The translations under genes and the position numbers were made by a program. Under the pieces are notes generated by a model, which saw only the letters and a list, made by a program, of their open reading frames with translations, was not told where the DNA came from and ran no database searches. A DNA stretch of 20,000 bases. Origin: an uncultured virus (IMG/VR IMGVR_UViG_3300035698_020436) (Duplodnaviria > Heunggongvirae > Uroviricota > Caudoviricetes). Positions 8,046 through 15,746 of the stretch are shown in pieces (within the stretch, counting starts at the first letter, position 1; the number at the start of each line of letters is the position of its first letter). The DNA lies in the IMG/VR virus record IMGVR_UViG_3300035698_020436. One strand, 5' to 3'.

Positions 8046-9040
8046 AATAAACCAGCCTTCCCCAAAAGCTCTTGCATCTGTTTAGTTTGAGCTTCTAATC
8101 CCCAGTCACCTGTTTGAAGTGTAATGCCTTCTGGGGTTTTCTTGAAAGTCTTATAGCTTCCAATGTATTGCTTAGGGGTCCCTAAACTTTCAGCCATGAC
8201 TTTGTTTTTATCAGGTCCAAACCAGAATACAGGGACTGAGGCTCCGAACCCTGCCACCCCAACATGTAGTCGGCTGGTAATGATTTTGGCTGACTGAGAA
8301 ATCATGTGGTCTAAGTGGCCAAATGAATCAGGTGTTACCACTCTAACAGGGCAGAGTTTTTCCAATTCAGTATGTAAGTATCTATCGTCATCGTGATCTC
8401 CGAAAGCCTCTTTGATAGCCCTTTGCTCCCACGCTGCGGGGAGAGCTAACCATTCTTTACTTGTGTCAGCTTTAATCATCTCTGCTAACTGTTTTAACAC
8501 CCTATCTTGAAGTGCTTTCGGTTGTTTAGACAAACCCCAAGAAATACAGACGGCATTATGAGATTTCGGTCGGTCAGGTGTCCCATTAGCCAACATTGGG
8601 TCAAAAGCTCGAACTGCTTCTAAGCCTGCCTTCCGCACATACTGAATAGATTTGTCTCTGACACTAATTAAAGCAGCTTTAGAAGCAAAACCCATTATCT
8701 CGGGGGTCATTACTCCACAACCCACCCCCCAGATGACAATTGGGCATTTGATATCAACAAGCCACGGGTTTTTGAGCATAAAGTTTTGAGTCAGGATAGT
8801 TCCGGCACCATAGACAAATAAATCTGCCTGTTTACATAAATGTTGTATTTTTGATTTGTCCGTCCTATGAGCATAACCTTTGACATCCTTATGATGGAAA
8901 TTTAGAAACCAACTCGACCCACCAATTATACTGAATTCTGCATCAGGGTAGATAGTTCGAAGCATCTTTCGGATGTTCTGAGCACTAACTTCATCTCCAT
9001 AATTCCGTGTCCCTACACAACCAAATTGTACTATATTCAT
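8042..9040 (-). CDS. Polysaccharide pyruvyltransferase family protein
   Basis: NYGD, YGAGT (GGG-like), WGVG, SVRD, DP and SRLH motifs in canonical order. Confidence 0.88.
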   Translation of the reverse strand: MNIVQFGCVGTRNYGDEVSAQNIRKMLRTIYPDAEFSIIGGSSWFLNFHHKDVKGYAHRTDKSKIQHLCKQADLFVYGAGTILTQNFMLKNPWLVDIKCPIVIWGVGCGVMTPEIMGFASKAALISVRDKSIQYVRKAGLEAVRAFDPMLANGTPDRPKSHNAVCISWGLSKQPKALQDRVLKQLAEMIKADTSKEWLALPAAWEQRAIKEAFGDHDDDRYLHTELEKLCPVRVVTPDSFGHLDHMISQSAKIITSRLHVGVAGFGASVPVFWFGPDKNKVMAESLGTPKQYIGSYKTFKKTPEGITLQTGDWGLEAQTKQMQELLGKAGLL

Positions 9041-9990
9041 AATATCCTCTTTATCATTTGTAACAGGGTAGTTGCTCTAACTTCAGCAGAGTGATTCTCT
9101 AACACAAATTTCCGGGCATTCTCAGCAATATGTTCTTTGTTCTTTAAAATGATCCCTGGATAATTCCTTTCATTAACGGGGACATAATGTTTGTCGGGGA
9201 TGAAACCTAATGCATCAAGTCTTGGATTTCTATCAATATAGGGAACACAACCACAAGCAGGTACCTCAAATGTTTTACATATCACATAAGGTAACACCAT
9301 TCCAAACGGAGTCCCTGATGTAGCTAAAGCTCCTTGATGTGACCCAAGATTTTCATAATAAGGTACTCCTATTATATCATGTTTGGTTTTTTTCCCATTA
9401 TTTACATAACCTGGATGCGGTAAAACATCATATAAGCTACGTTTCCGTCGAGCATATTTATTCAGAAGGTCTCGGATTGGATAGACTTCTTTTCGAGTAG
9501 CCCCACTTAGCAAGATCTTTGGGGTTCTCTCAGCCCAAGGAGTTGTATTTTCAAAACATTCCATAGGTGCCCACCAAGGGAAATCTACACTTTTGTGATG
9601 GAACTCTTTATAGACAGGCATTGTTAAGAAAACATCTTGATAAGGTAAAAGGATTTTATCAGCACTCTGGAAAATAAAGAGCCTACTCTTTTTAATTTCT
9701 GGTGTGTACCAATGCAAATCATCCCAGAATAAAATTATTTTGGTTTGATTCCGTTTATAAAAAGGAATCAATGGTCTGAATAACCCAGAGGCTGAAATTG
9801 ATAGGAGTACGTCTGGAGGGTTTTTTTTAATTTTGGTTTTTTGTTCCTCTAGTGTGTTTCCTATGTCTACAAGTTCTAGCTCAGAATCTTCTTTAATCCG
9901 CTGCTGTAACAGAGTTATAAATAAAGATGGGACTCTGATAATATTTTTCATCAAATAAGGGTCGTGGGGAACTGCTACTTTAATCATCAT
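9037..9990 (-). CDS. GT-B glycosyltransferase (CgeB / Glyco_trans_1_2-like)
   Basis: WDDLH, ILLSG...YPIR, KTFEVPACG, GFIPDKHYV, IAENARKFVLENHS..R. The second ATG at 9987 is better spaced from the GGAGG SD and may be the true start. Confidence 0.8.
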   Translation of the reverse strand: MMIKVAVPHDPYLMKNIIRVPSLFITLLQQRIKEDSELELVDIGNTLEEQKTKIKKNPPDVLLSISASGLFRPLIPFYKRNQTKIILFWDDLHWYTPEIKKSRLFIFQSADKILLPYQDVFLTMPVYKEFHHKSVDFPWWAPMECFENTTPWAERTPKILLSGATRKEVYPIRDLLNKYARRKRSLYDVLPHPGYVNNGKKTKHDIIGVPYYENLGSHQGALATSGTPFGMVLPYVICKTFEVPACGCVPYIDRNPRLDALGFIPDKHYVPVNERNYPGIILKNKEHIAENARKFVLENHSAEVRATTLLQMIKRIL

Positions 9991-12900
9991 AGCCCTCCAA
10001 CACCTTAGTAGGGTCAGGTTTCCCTGTACCCCGAATCATCGGATCTCTCCAAGTTCCTTGTAAAGTTTTTTGTCTTTTATCTCCATAAGGGTCTTTGTAA
10101 TCCTTGGTGTCAGGATGCCATCTGTGGAACAGATAGAGGGATTTTTTCCTAAACAGCTCCAGTTTTTCATGTTTGCAGTGCCAATAAATATCATTGTCTT
10201 CTCCACCCCAGCGGGCAATTCGATGATCCCACCCCCCAACTTTCAGATAAGCCTCTCTATGGAAAGCAGCCATCCCAAAGCCATCAACCCGCCAGAACCC
10301 ATTAGAGTAAGCAGGGTTCTTCGTGTTGCCTTGTATAATCATCTGAGAATCCTTGTGGAGACCGTAACAAATCGGGAACATAACTTTCTGAGCTGATGTG
10401 TGCCGGCGGACCCAAGCCCAATACAAAGGACTACTGACAGCCATATCTATATCAAAGAACATCAGCAAGTCATGTTGGGCACAAAGGGCTGCCATATGTA
10501 GCCCCTTACCCCGAGAGAAATACCCTTCGGCAGGTATAACTTTGTAAGGAATGTTGATCTTCTGCAAAGTTTTGTAAACGTCACAATCATTGGACTGGAA
10601 ATCCGTAATAACCAACTCATACAGAGCAGGGTTATCAATACCTTGGTTTAAGTAACTGACGAACCCTTCCAACATCCCAATCCTGTTCTTCAAACTAATG
10701 CAAATGCTGATAGGGTCCTGCGGGTGGCTGACTCCAGCAGCATGAAACAACCGTTGATCCTCTGCTAGACATGAAGAAGCTTCTGGGTCGTCCGTCAATA
10801 ACGAATAAGGATAACGGCCATTTAAGTATGACCACAAGCCTCGTGGACCGGATACTTTAGGGAACTCTACGTCAGCCCAAAGGAAATCATAACAAGGCTG
10901 AGGTGATGCTGTCGTCAAAAGATTCTTGTTACGGGCAATCAGTTTTTTGTCATTCATTCCTCGGCTGGGTCCACTTTCAAACGTCACATTCTGATTCTCT
11001 GGTATATCCAAGAACCATAATGGATGCTCAAAGGGGTACTCATTCTGTAATTGAAGGAGCTTGACAGTTCTATCTGTCCATTCCTTATGGCCATGACCTC
11101 GGCCAACAAATCTCATATCCATCCCACCAGATACCTCTAGGGCATGTCGTGTATGGAACGTAATGACTCCGGGTGTGCAATGAGGTTTCTGTTTCCTTCT
11201 ATACTCAAGGAATTGGAAACCTGCAATGTTCTTGGCTTCACCTGTCTTTTGCCAAGTATTAGGCCATTCCACGATTGGGCCGTACATCATATGATGTATG
11301 TCAGCACTCTGGCTGGCTTGGATATATTTATGGAAAAACTCCCAGTCAGGAATATTACAATCATCTTCAACCAAGAAGAAATAATCACAATCCTTCTCGA
11401 ATAAGTATTGAAGGGCATTATTCTTAACCCAAGCCACACCTAAATTTGTCCGGTGGATGCATGGGATATTGTTAATCATAGGAAGTGGTCGATTTGTATC
11501 ACCAGTGGATAAAACAGCTTCAACTTGGAACCCAGCCTTGCTGGCCATCTGAGTTATCAAGGACAGATTTTGAGACCATCTTTGTAAAGCCTCGGGTTTG
11601 TTAAAGGAACATACTCCAATTCCTACAATCGGTTGTTGTTTTGCAGAAGTTCTCCTAAAAGCAAACGGTCGTTTAGGAAGCGGTGGGGTGTAAGCAGGAG
11701 GTTTCTGATGTTTTTTATACTCTTGTAGTATCTTTCTCACACTGTCAGGGATACTTGATTGAAGAAGACTCCCTTCCCCGTGGATAACAAAACCGCCTCT
11801 ACTTGTTCGGCCATTGATTTCAACTACCGGTCGGGGATATAAATTATTCCCGTGCTGGCAGCAAATCAAGGCTCCCATCTTGTCAGTCACATCAACAAAA
11901 GGAACTCTTAATGCTTTAATTAAATTTGCTAAAGCTCCGTCTTCACCTTTCACTCTGGATGGCCAACCTTTTAAAGTCCTTAACATTTTGGCATCGTAGT
12001 TCATACTGGTGCCAATTAGCCCCCACTCAGGACGACCTTTCCAATTCATCACCCGATCTTCATAAATATCATAGAAGTATATTTGACCAACTCCCGACCA
12101 AGCAGCTCCAGCCCTATAGGCATCCACAGCTGCTTCTAAACGATCAGGTGGTTGGATATCATCGTCATCGGCTTTCATTATCAAAGAAGTGTCGTCAGAC
12201 TCTCCTAACATTAAATTGAGTTTAGAAGTTACTGTCGGAGAAGCTGATATAATGTATTTTACCCCAGCTTTTTGGGCTACAGCTTTTCCAAGGTCGTCAA
12301 TCATCCCAGACACTAGGATATTATAAGACCAGCCTTCAGGGACTCGTTGGTTCTGGAGTCTTTTCAAGCAAATGGTTAGTAATTCTGGGCGGTTATGGGT
12401 GGCAACAAAGAAAGTTGCTTTCTTTAGTTTGGTTTCGAGTTGTTTAGTTCTGGTTTTCTGGATGTCTTCTGTAAAAACTTCAAGAGTCTCCGTTGTCCCC
12501 CAAGCTTCTGTGAGTTGTCCTTGGGCTTCCCATACGGGTGTTTGAGAAGACGGAATTAACCGCTGAGTTAATATCAGTAAACCTGTCTTATCTGTAATGA
12601 ATGTATGGTCAGGAGCTCCTGCTTGTACAACTTTAAGAACTTGTTTCCGTTTTGGTAGTTTCCCCACACCTGTTAGATTCAAAACTGATTTGGAATGGTC
12701 GGTAATGTTCTCCCATGTAGCCACAGAGACATCAAAGAACCGGTCTACTAAAACAGCATAAGGGTATATCTGGAAGAAGTATTTCCCTCGAAGGGAACTG
12801 AGACTTTCATAGCACCACCGCCGGAATTTAAGAGTAGGCATTGTTTCAGGAGACCTGAGATAGTCCCATTGGTGTTGTGCTAGAATAGCTCCTGCTTCTG

Positions 12901-13045
12901 ACTCCAGATCCGTGTTGTTTGTTATCACCAATACGGATAGGGATAATTTCTTACCTAACCGAACAATATCTTTCAATACCGGGACGATAGATTTATTCGG
13001 GTCGTTCTCAAAAACAGGAATTATTATATGAGCTATAGGTCTCAC
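9980..13045 (-). CDS. 1021-aa multidomain glycosyltransferase (degenerate GT-A-like + GT2-like + GT2-like + GT7-like)
   Basis: GTG start after AGGAGG. Four GT-A starts: IIIPVFEN, FFVATHNR (with DDDD and GED), IGVCSFNK (with EDD and GGMD), ICISLKNR (with DID, WGGED, HRWH). Confidence 0.88.
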   Translation of the reverse strand: MRPIAHIIIPVFENDPNKSIVPVLKDIVRLGKKLSLSVLVITNNTDLESEAGAILAQHQWDYLRSPETMPTLKFRRWCYESLSSLRGKYFFQIYPYAVLVDRFFDVSVATWENITDHSKSVLNLTGVGKLPKRKQVLKVVQAGAPDHTFITDKTGLLILTQRLIPSSQTPVWEAQGQLTEAWGTTETLEVFTEDIQKTRTKQLETKLKKATFFVATHNRPELLTICLKRLQNQRVPEGWSYNILVSGMIDDLGKAVAQKAGVKYIISASPTVTSKLNLMLGESDDTSLIMKADDDDIQPPDRLEAAVDAYRAGAAWSGVGQIYFYDIYEDRVMNWKGRPEWGLIGTSMNYDAKMLRTLKGWPSRVKGEDGALANLIKALRVPFVDVTDKMGALICCQHGNNLYPRPVVEINGRTSRGGFVIHGEGSLLQSSIPDSVRKILQEYKKHQKPPAYTPPLPKRPFAFRRTSAKQQPIVGIGVCSFNKPEALQRWSQNLSLITQMASKAGFQVEAVLSTGDTNRPLPMINNIPCIHRTNLGVAWVKNNALQYLFEKDCDYFFLVEDDCNIPDWEFFHKYIQASQSADIHHMMYGPIVEWPNTWQKTGEAKNIAGFQFLEYRRKQKPHCTPGVITFHTRHALEVSGGMDMRFVGRGHGHKEWTDRTVKLLQLQNEYPFEHPLWFLDIPENQNVTFESGPSRGMNDKKLIARNKNLLTTASPQPCYDFLWADVEFPKVSGPRGLWSYLNGRYPYSLLTDDPEASSCLAEDQRLFHAAGVSHPQDPISICISLKNRIGMLEGFVSYLNQGIDNPALYELVITDFQSNDCDVYKTLQKINIPYKVIPAEGYFSRGKGLHMAALCAQHDLLMFFDIDMAVSSPLYWAWVRRHTSAQKVMFPICYGLHKDSQMIIQGNTKNPAYSNGFWRVDGFGMAAFHREAYLKVGGWDHRIARWGGEDNDIYWHCKHEKLELFRKKSLYLFHRWHPDTKDYKDPYGDKRQKTLQGTWRDPMIRGTGKPDPTKVLEGYDD

Positions 13046-13050
13046 GGATA

Positions 13051-13077
13051 CCTCCTAAGTCAGTCCTTTAATATACC
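13051..13077 (-). promoter_or_regulatory. Putative promoter -10 region (GGTATATTAAA) and strong RBS (AGGAGG) of the glycan operon
   Basis: Minus-strand GGTATATTAAA at 13077-13067. AGGAGG at 13056-13051 lies 5 nt before the GTG. Confidence 0.5.
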
Positions 13078-13100
13078 GACAATATAGCAGGTCTACTGAC

Positions 13101-13310
13101 TTATTTCTTTTCGAGTCTATCCTTTTCGAGGGGGCATGTATGATCAAGACTCTGCCAAACACCATTGATTCTACTTTCATAATACCCACACCGTTTACAT
13201 GTACGACGTAAGCAAGGTTCTTCAACATCACATATACAATCATAAGGTTCTTCTCTGCCCCATTTATGTGCTCCGGCTATACATTTAAAAAAGTTCATTA
13301 GGAAATCCAT
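13101..13310 (-). CDS. Small Cys/His-rich putative zinc-binding protein (DUF1660-like pattern)
   Basis: C-x3-AHKW, CIC, C, CKRCG, HTC. TAATG coupling to the upstream gene. Confidence 0.7.
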   Translation of the reverse strand: MDFLMNFFKCIAGAHKWGREEPYDCICDVEEPCLRRTCKRCGYYESRINGVWQSLDHTCPLEKDRLEKK

Positions 13311-13960
13311 TAGTTCACCATTGCTTTCGGGGTTTTCTTTGAAACGGTTATCATGAAAGAATCAGCCACTTTTAAAAGTGATCGGATTCCTTCGGTTGAG
13401 GTGTCTTTTGTTATGAATTGAATTGTTAATGTTTTATCCCTACCTAGCATCTTTTTCTTAACTCCTTTTTCAACCTTAAAGGAGTCGAAAACCTTAGCAA
13501 TTTCAACAGACCCCTCAGCATAAGAAATATGGTTGAGTCCTTCAAGGACTTGAGGGAGGTTGTCTAATTGAATACACAGATTTTCTTGGCCTACGATGAT
13601 TTGATAAAATAACCCAAACCATTGGAAGTCATGTTTAACATGAATCCTATATTCGTGAGTTTTCTTATTGATCTGGCCAGTCTGACCCGCTGTGAACGGT
13701 AATCCCTCACAAGCTTTTTTGATTCGATGAAATAAATCCAACATAAACTGATTTTCTTTGATATCCTGACGGTTTTTTTCTGTTGCCAAACTAAGTTCCA
13801 GAAGAATTTGTCCAGCTTTGGTTGTGTGCAAAGTTTTCAGAGTATGCCCATTAGGAAGAATTTTCTTCCAATCCCCTTTCATAAAGAAAAGTGCCAATCC
13901 CAGTTTGATGAACAAGGAACTAAAAAAAAGCCGTAAGTATTCAAAAAATCTATTTATCAT
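13310..13960 (-). CDS. Hypothetical protein with hydrophobic N-terminus (possible membrane anchor)
   Basis: 216-aa ORF with an AGAGGA SD and an N-terminal LFFSSLFIKLGLALFFM segment. Confidence 0.75.
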   Translation of the reverse strand: MINRFFEYLRLFFSSLFIKLGLALFFMKGDWKKILPNGHTLKTLHTTKAGQILLELSLATEKNRQDIKENQFMLDLFHRIKKACEGLPFTAGQTGQINKKTHEYRIHVKHDFQWFGLFYQIIVGQENLCIQLDNLPQVLEGLNHISYAEGSVEIAKVFDSFKVEKGVKKKMLGRDKTLTIQFITKDTSTEGIRSLLKVADSFMITVSKKTPKAMVN

Positions 13961-13964
13961 AAAA

Positions 13965-14153
13965 TTATCCTCTATTGCTTAATCCGAATCCTCGAGTTTT
14001 AACATTATATCTCTCCACCAACTCCCAAGCACCCTCTGATGTCAATTCAAGAAGGTATCTCCCTTTAGCATCATAAGCATGATATTCTTGCACCTCACCA
14101 CCTTTGAACGCGACTAATCTAATAAGGGAAAATGGCGGAGTTAGCTTAGTCAT
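13965..14153 (-). CDS. Hypothetical protein
   Basis: Tiles the minus-strand operon with an 8-bp overlap upstream and a 4-bp gap downstream. Confidence 0.65.
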   Translation of the reverse strand: MTKLTPPFSLIRLVAFKGGEVQEYHAYDAKGRYLLELTSEGAWELVERYNVKTRGFGLSNRG

Positions 14154-14409
14154 CTTTGTATGGCCTCAAATCCTCACGTTCAGTCTCCTGATTTTCCATC
14201 AGTTCAAATTCATGATACCTGTAAGGGGCAGTGCCGTGGTCGTGCATTACCCACCAAACTCCAGGGTGATCTTTTACAGGGCTCTGTACCACACCTTCAA
14301 CATCTTCTTTACGGTGTTCAAGATATTGTTGCTCAACGAGCAAACCCGGACGGAGATCCACAGTCTTTGTGAATACCCGTTGTCCTGGTTTTATATCAGC
14401 TAAAATCAT
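14146..14409 (-). CDS. Hypothetical protein (possibly SH3-like beta-barrel)
   Basis: Strong SD AAGGAGG. Pattern IKPGQRV...GVV...WWVMH...YRYHEFEL. Confidence 0.75.
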   Translation of the reverse strand: MILADIKPGQRVFTKTVDLRPGLLVEQQYLEHRKEDVEGVVQSPVKDHPGVWWVMHDHGTAPYRYHEFELMENQETEREDLRPYKDD

Positions 14410-14427
14410 TCCACATTCCTCCTTGGG

Positions 14428-14718
14428 TTACTCTACCCTAAGTAGGTTTGCTGATAATTCTAAACCTTTCAAAGTAGCTACTCTTTTCCAGAAATTGTGA
14501 GAGTACTGGCAATTCTCCAGTTCCATATCCTTATGATCCATACTGGGGAAATCTGTCCGATGGAAAGTTTCAGTCCAAAGCTTCTCGGCAGCTTTTAGTT
14601 TTTCAGTAATAAAAGCCTCGTCTGTCAGAGAAGCAATATCGTTTACTTTCTGTTCCAAGGTTTTCCTTGAGTTTCCCAAAGCTTGAAAGTATTCTCTAAC
14701 TTTAATGCTCATTTTCAT
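14428..14718 (-). CDS. Hypothetical protein
   Basis: Strong SD AAGGAGG 7 nt before the ATG. First gene of the leftward unit. Confidence 0.8.
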   Translation of the reverse strand: MKMSIKVREYFQALGNSRKTLEQKVNDIASLTDEAFITEKLKAAEKLWTETFHRTDFPSMDHKDMELENCQYSHNFWKRVATLKGLELSANLLRVE

Positions 14719-14736
14719 ATTATTTCCTCCTTACGT

Positions 14737-14810
14737 CAACAACCCACAACTTTAAGAAACTAAGCCGAAAAATCAAATCTAGCTTAGTTTACCCTATTTG
14801 GGGGTTGTTG
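14737..14810. promoter_or_regulatory. Bipartite inverted repeat in the divergent intergenic region (probable back-to-back promoters or operators)
   Basis: CAACAACCCACAA (14737-14749) pairs with TTGGGGGTTGTTG (14798-14810) at 12/13. AAACTAAGC (14757-14765) pairs with GCTTAGTTT (14782-14790) at 9/9. Both pairs share one centre. Confidence 0.7.
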
Positions 14811-14856
14811 GGGTAGAAGAATAGATAATTAAGTTTTTTCAAATTAGGAGTTTGTA

Positions 14857-15390
14857 ATGATTGACCCAAAAGATACAAAAATCTTTATCGTTCTCCGAGG
14901 TGTTCCTGGTTGTGGTAAATCCGAATTTGCCCAAATGTTGGCTGCCATGTATGGAGTTATGGAGTCCCGAGTACTCACCACAGACGATTTTTGGACAAAA
15001 GAACGTCCTTTTGAACACGGTTTACTTGGACATGCCCACGAATGGAACTACTGTCGTGCCGGTGCTGCTTTTGAGGAAGGTGTGTCTCTGGTCATCTTAG
15101 CCAACACCTGTACTCAGGAGTATGAGTTTGACAGATATGTCAAACTGGCTAAGTTGGACGGCTATCGTGTGTATTTCCTCGTTGTGGAAAACCGTCATGG
15201 AGGTACAAACGATCAAAGGCCTCCTGAAAAGAGAGTCCCCGAAGATATCGTTTTGGGCATGGAAAATCGGTTTGAGTTGAAACTTTTTAAGGACAATAAA
15301 GTTCTGCGTCCTTTGGATTTGTTGGGTAGATTAAAAAAGAAAGTGAAAGGAACAGCATTATGGGCCACGATAAAGACTTATTCAAAATAA
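14857..15390 (+). CDS. P-loop kinase, AAA_33 / polynucleotide-kinase-like
   Basis: Walker A RGVPGCGKS, TDDF, AHEW, ILANT, VVENRHGG, VPE...M..RFE. SD AGGAG. Confidence 0.88.
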   Translation: MIDPKDTKIFIVLRGVPGCGKSEFAQMLAAMYGVMESRVLTTDDFWTKERPFEHGLLGHAHEWNYCRAGAAFEEGVSLVILANTCTQEYEFDRYVKLAKLDGYRVYFLVVENRHGGTNDQRPPEKRVPEDIVLGMENRFELKLFKDNKVLRPLDLLGRLKKKVKGTALWATIKTYSK

Positions 15391-15743
15391 CCCCAACCGT
15401 TCTCCGAATGGACAGGCGTATTTGCAAGACAGAGGTTCAATGTTGCTGGTATGACAGAGATCAGGATGGTGAGCCTTGTACTGAATCTGTAGACAACTGT
15501 GACTATATCCAAATGCTCATCAGTGAAGCTGAACTTGAGGCTGAAGCTGAAAAAGATATTGAGATTGAGGACTTACGTGACCAAGTTGAGTCTCGGGAGG
15601 CTCAAATGGCCGAGCTTGAAGCAGCATTGAAGCTAGATGACACCCTCCCTGCATTACGGAAACAGCTCGTCCAAGTTTCAGAGCAACTCTCGGTTCTGGA
15701 GAAACAGAAATCCGAAGCTAAGATATCCCCAAAAAAGGAGTAA
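15360..15743 (+). CDS. Hypothetical protein, Cys-rich N-terminus and acidic coiled-coil C-terminus
   Basis: C..CC...C...C cluster followed by heptad-like IEDLRDQVESREAQMAELEAAL. Ends 3 nt before thyX. Start is uncertain. Confidence 0.7.
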   Translation: MGHDKDLFKITPTVLRMDRRICKTEVQCCWYDRDQDGEPCTESVDNCDYIQMLISEAELEAEAEKDIEIEDLRDQVESREAQMAELEAALKLDDTLPALRKQLVQVSEQLSVLEKQKSEAKISPKKE

Positions 15744-15746
15744 TAT

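Noticed and set aside
1296..13045. Ordinary bacterial O-antigen/capsule locus or Gtr-type seroconversion cassette
   Set aside because: No membrane, export or priming genes are present and the flanks are phage-like. Not fully excluded without the rest of the contig.
13055..13243. 62-aa minus-strand ORF
   Set aside because: It overlaps the better-supported, coupled Cys-rich ORF 13101-13310 and runs through the operon leader.
14104..14403. Plus-strand ORFs of 99 and 70 aa
   Set aside because: They are antisense to minus-strand genes that tile the region and have clear RBSs or coupling.
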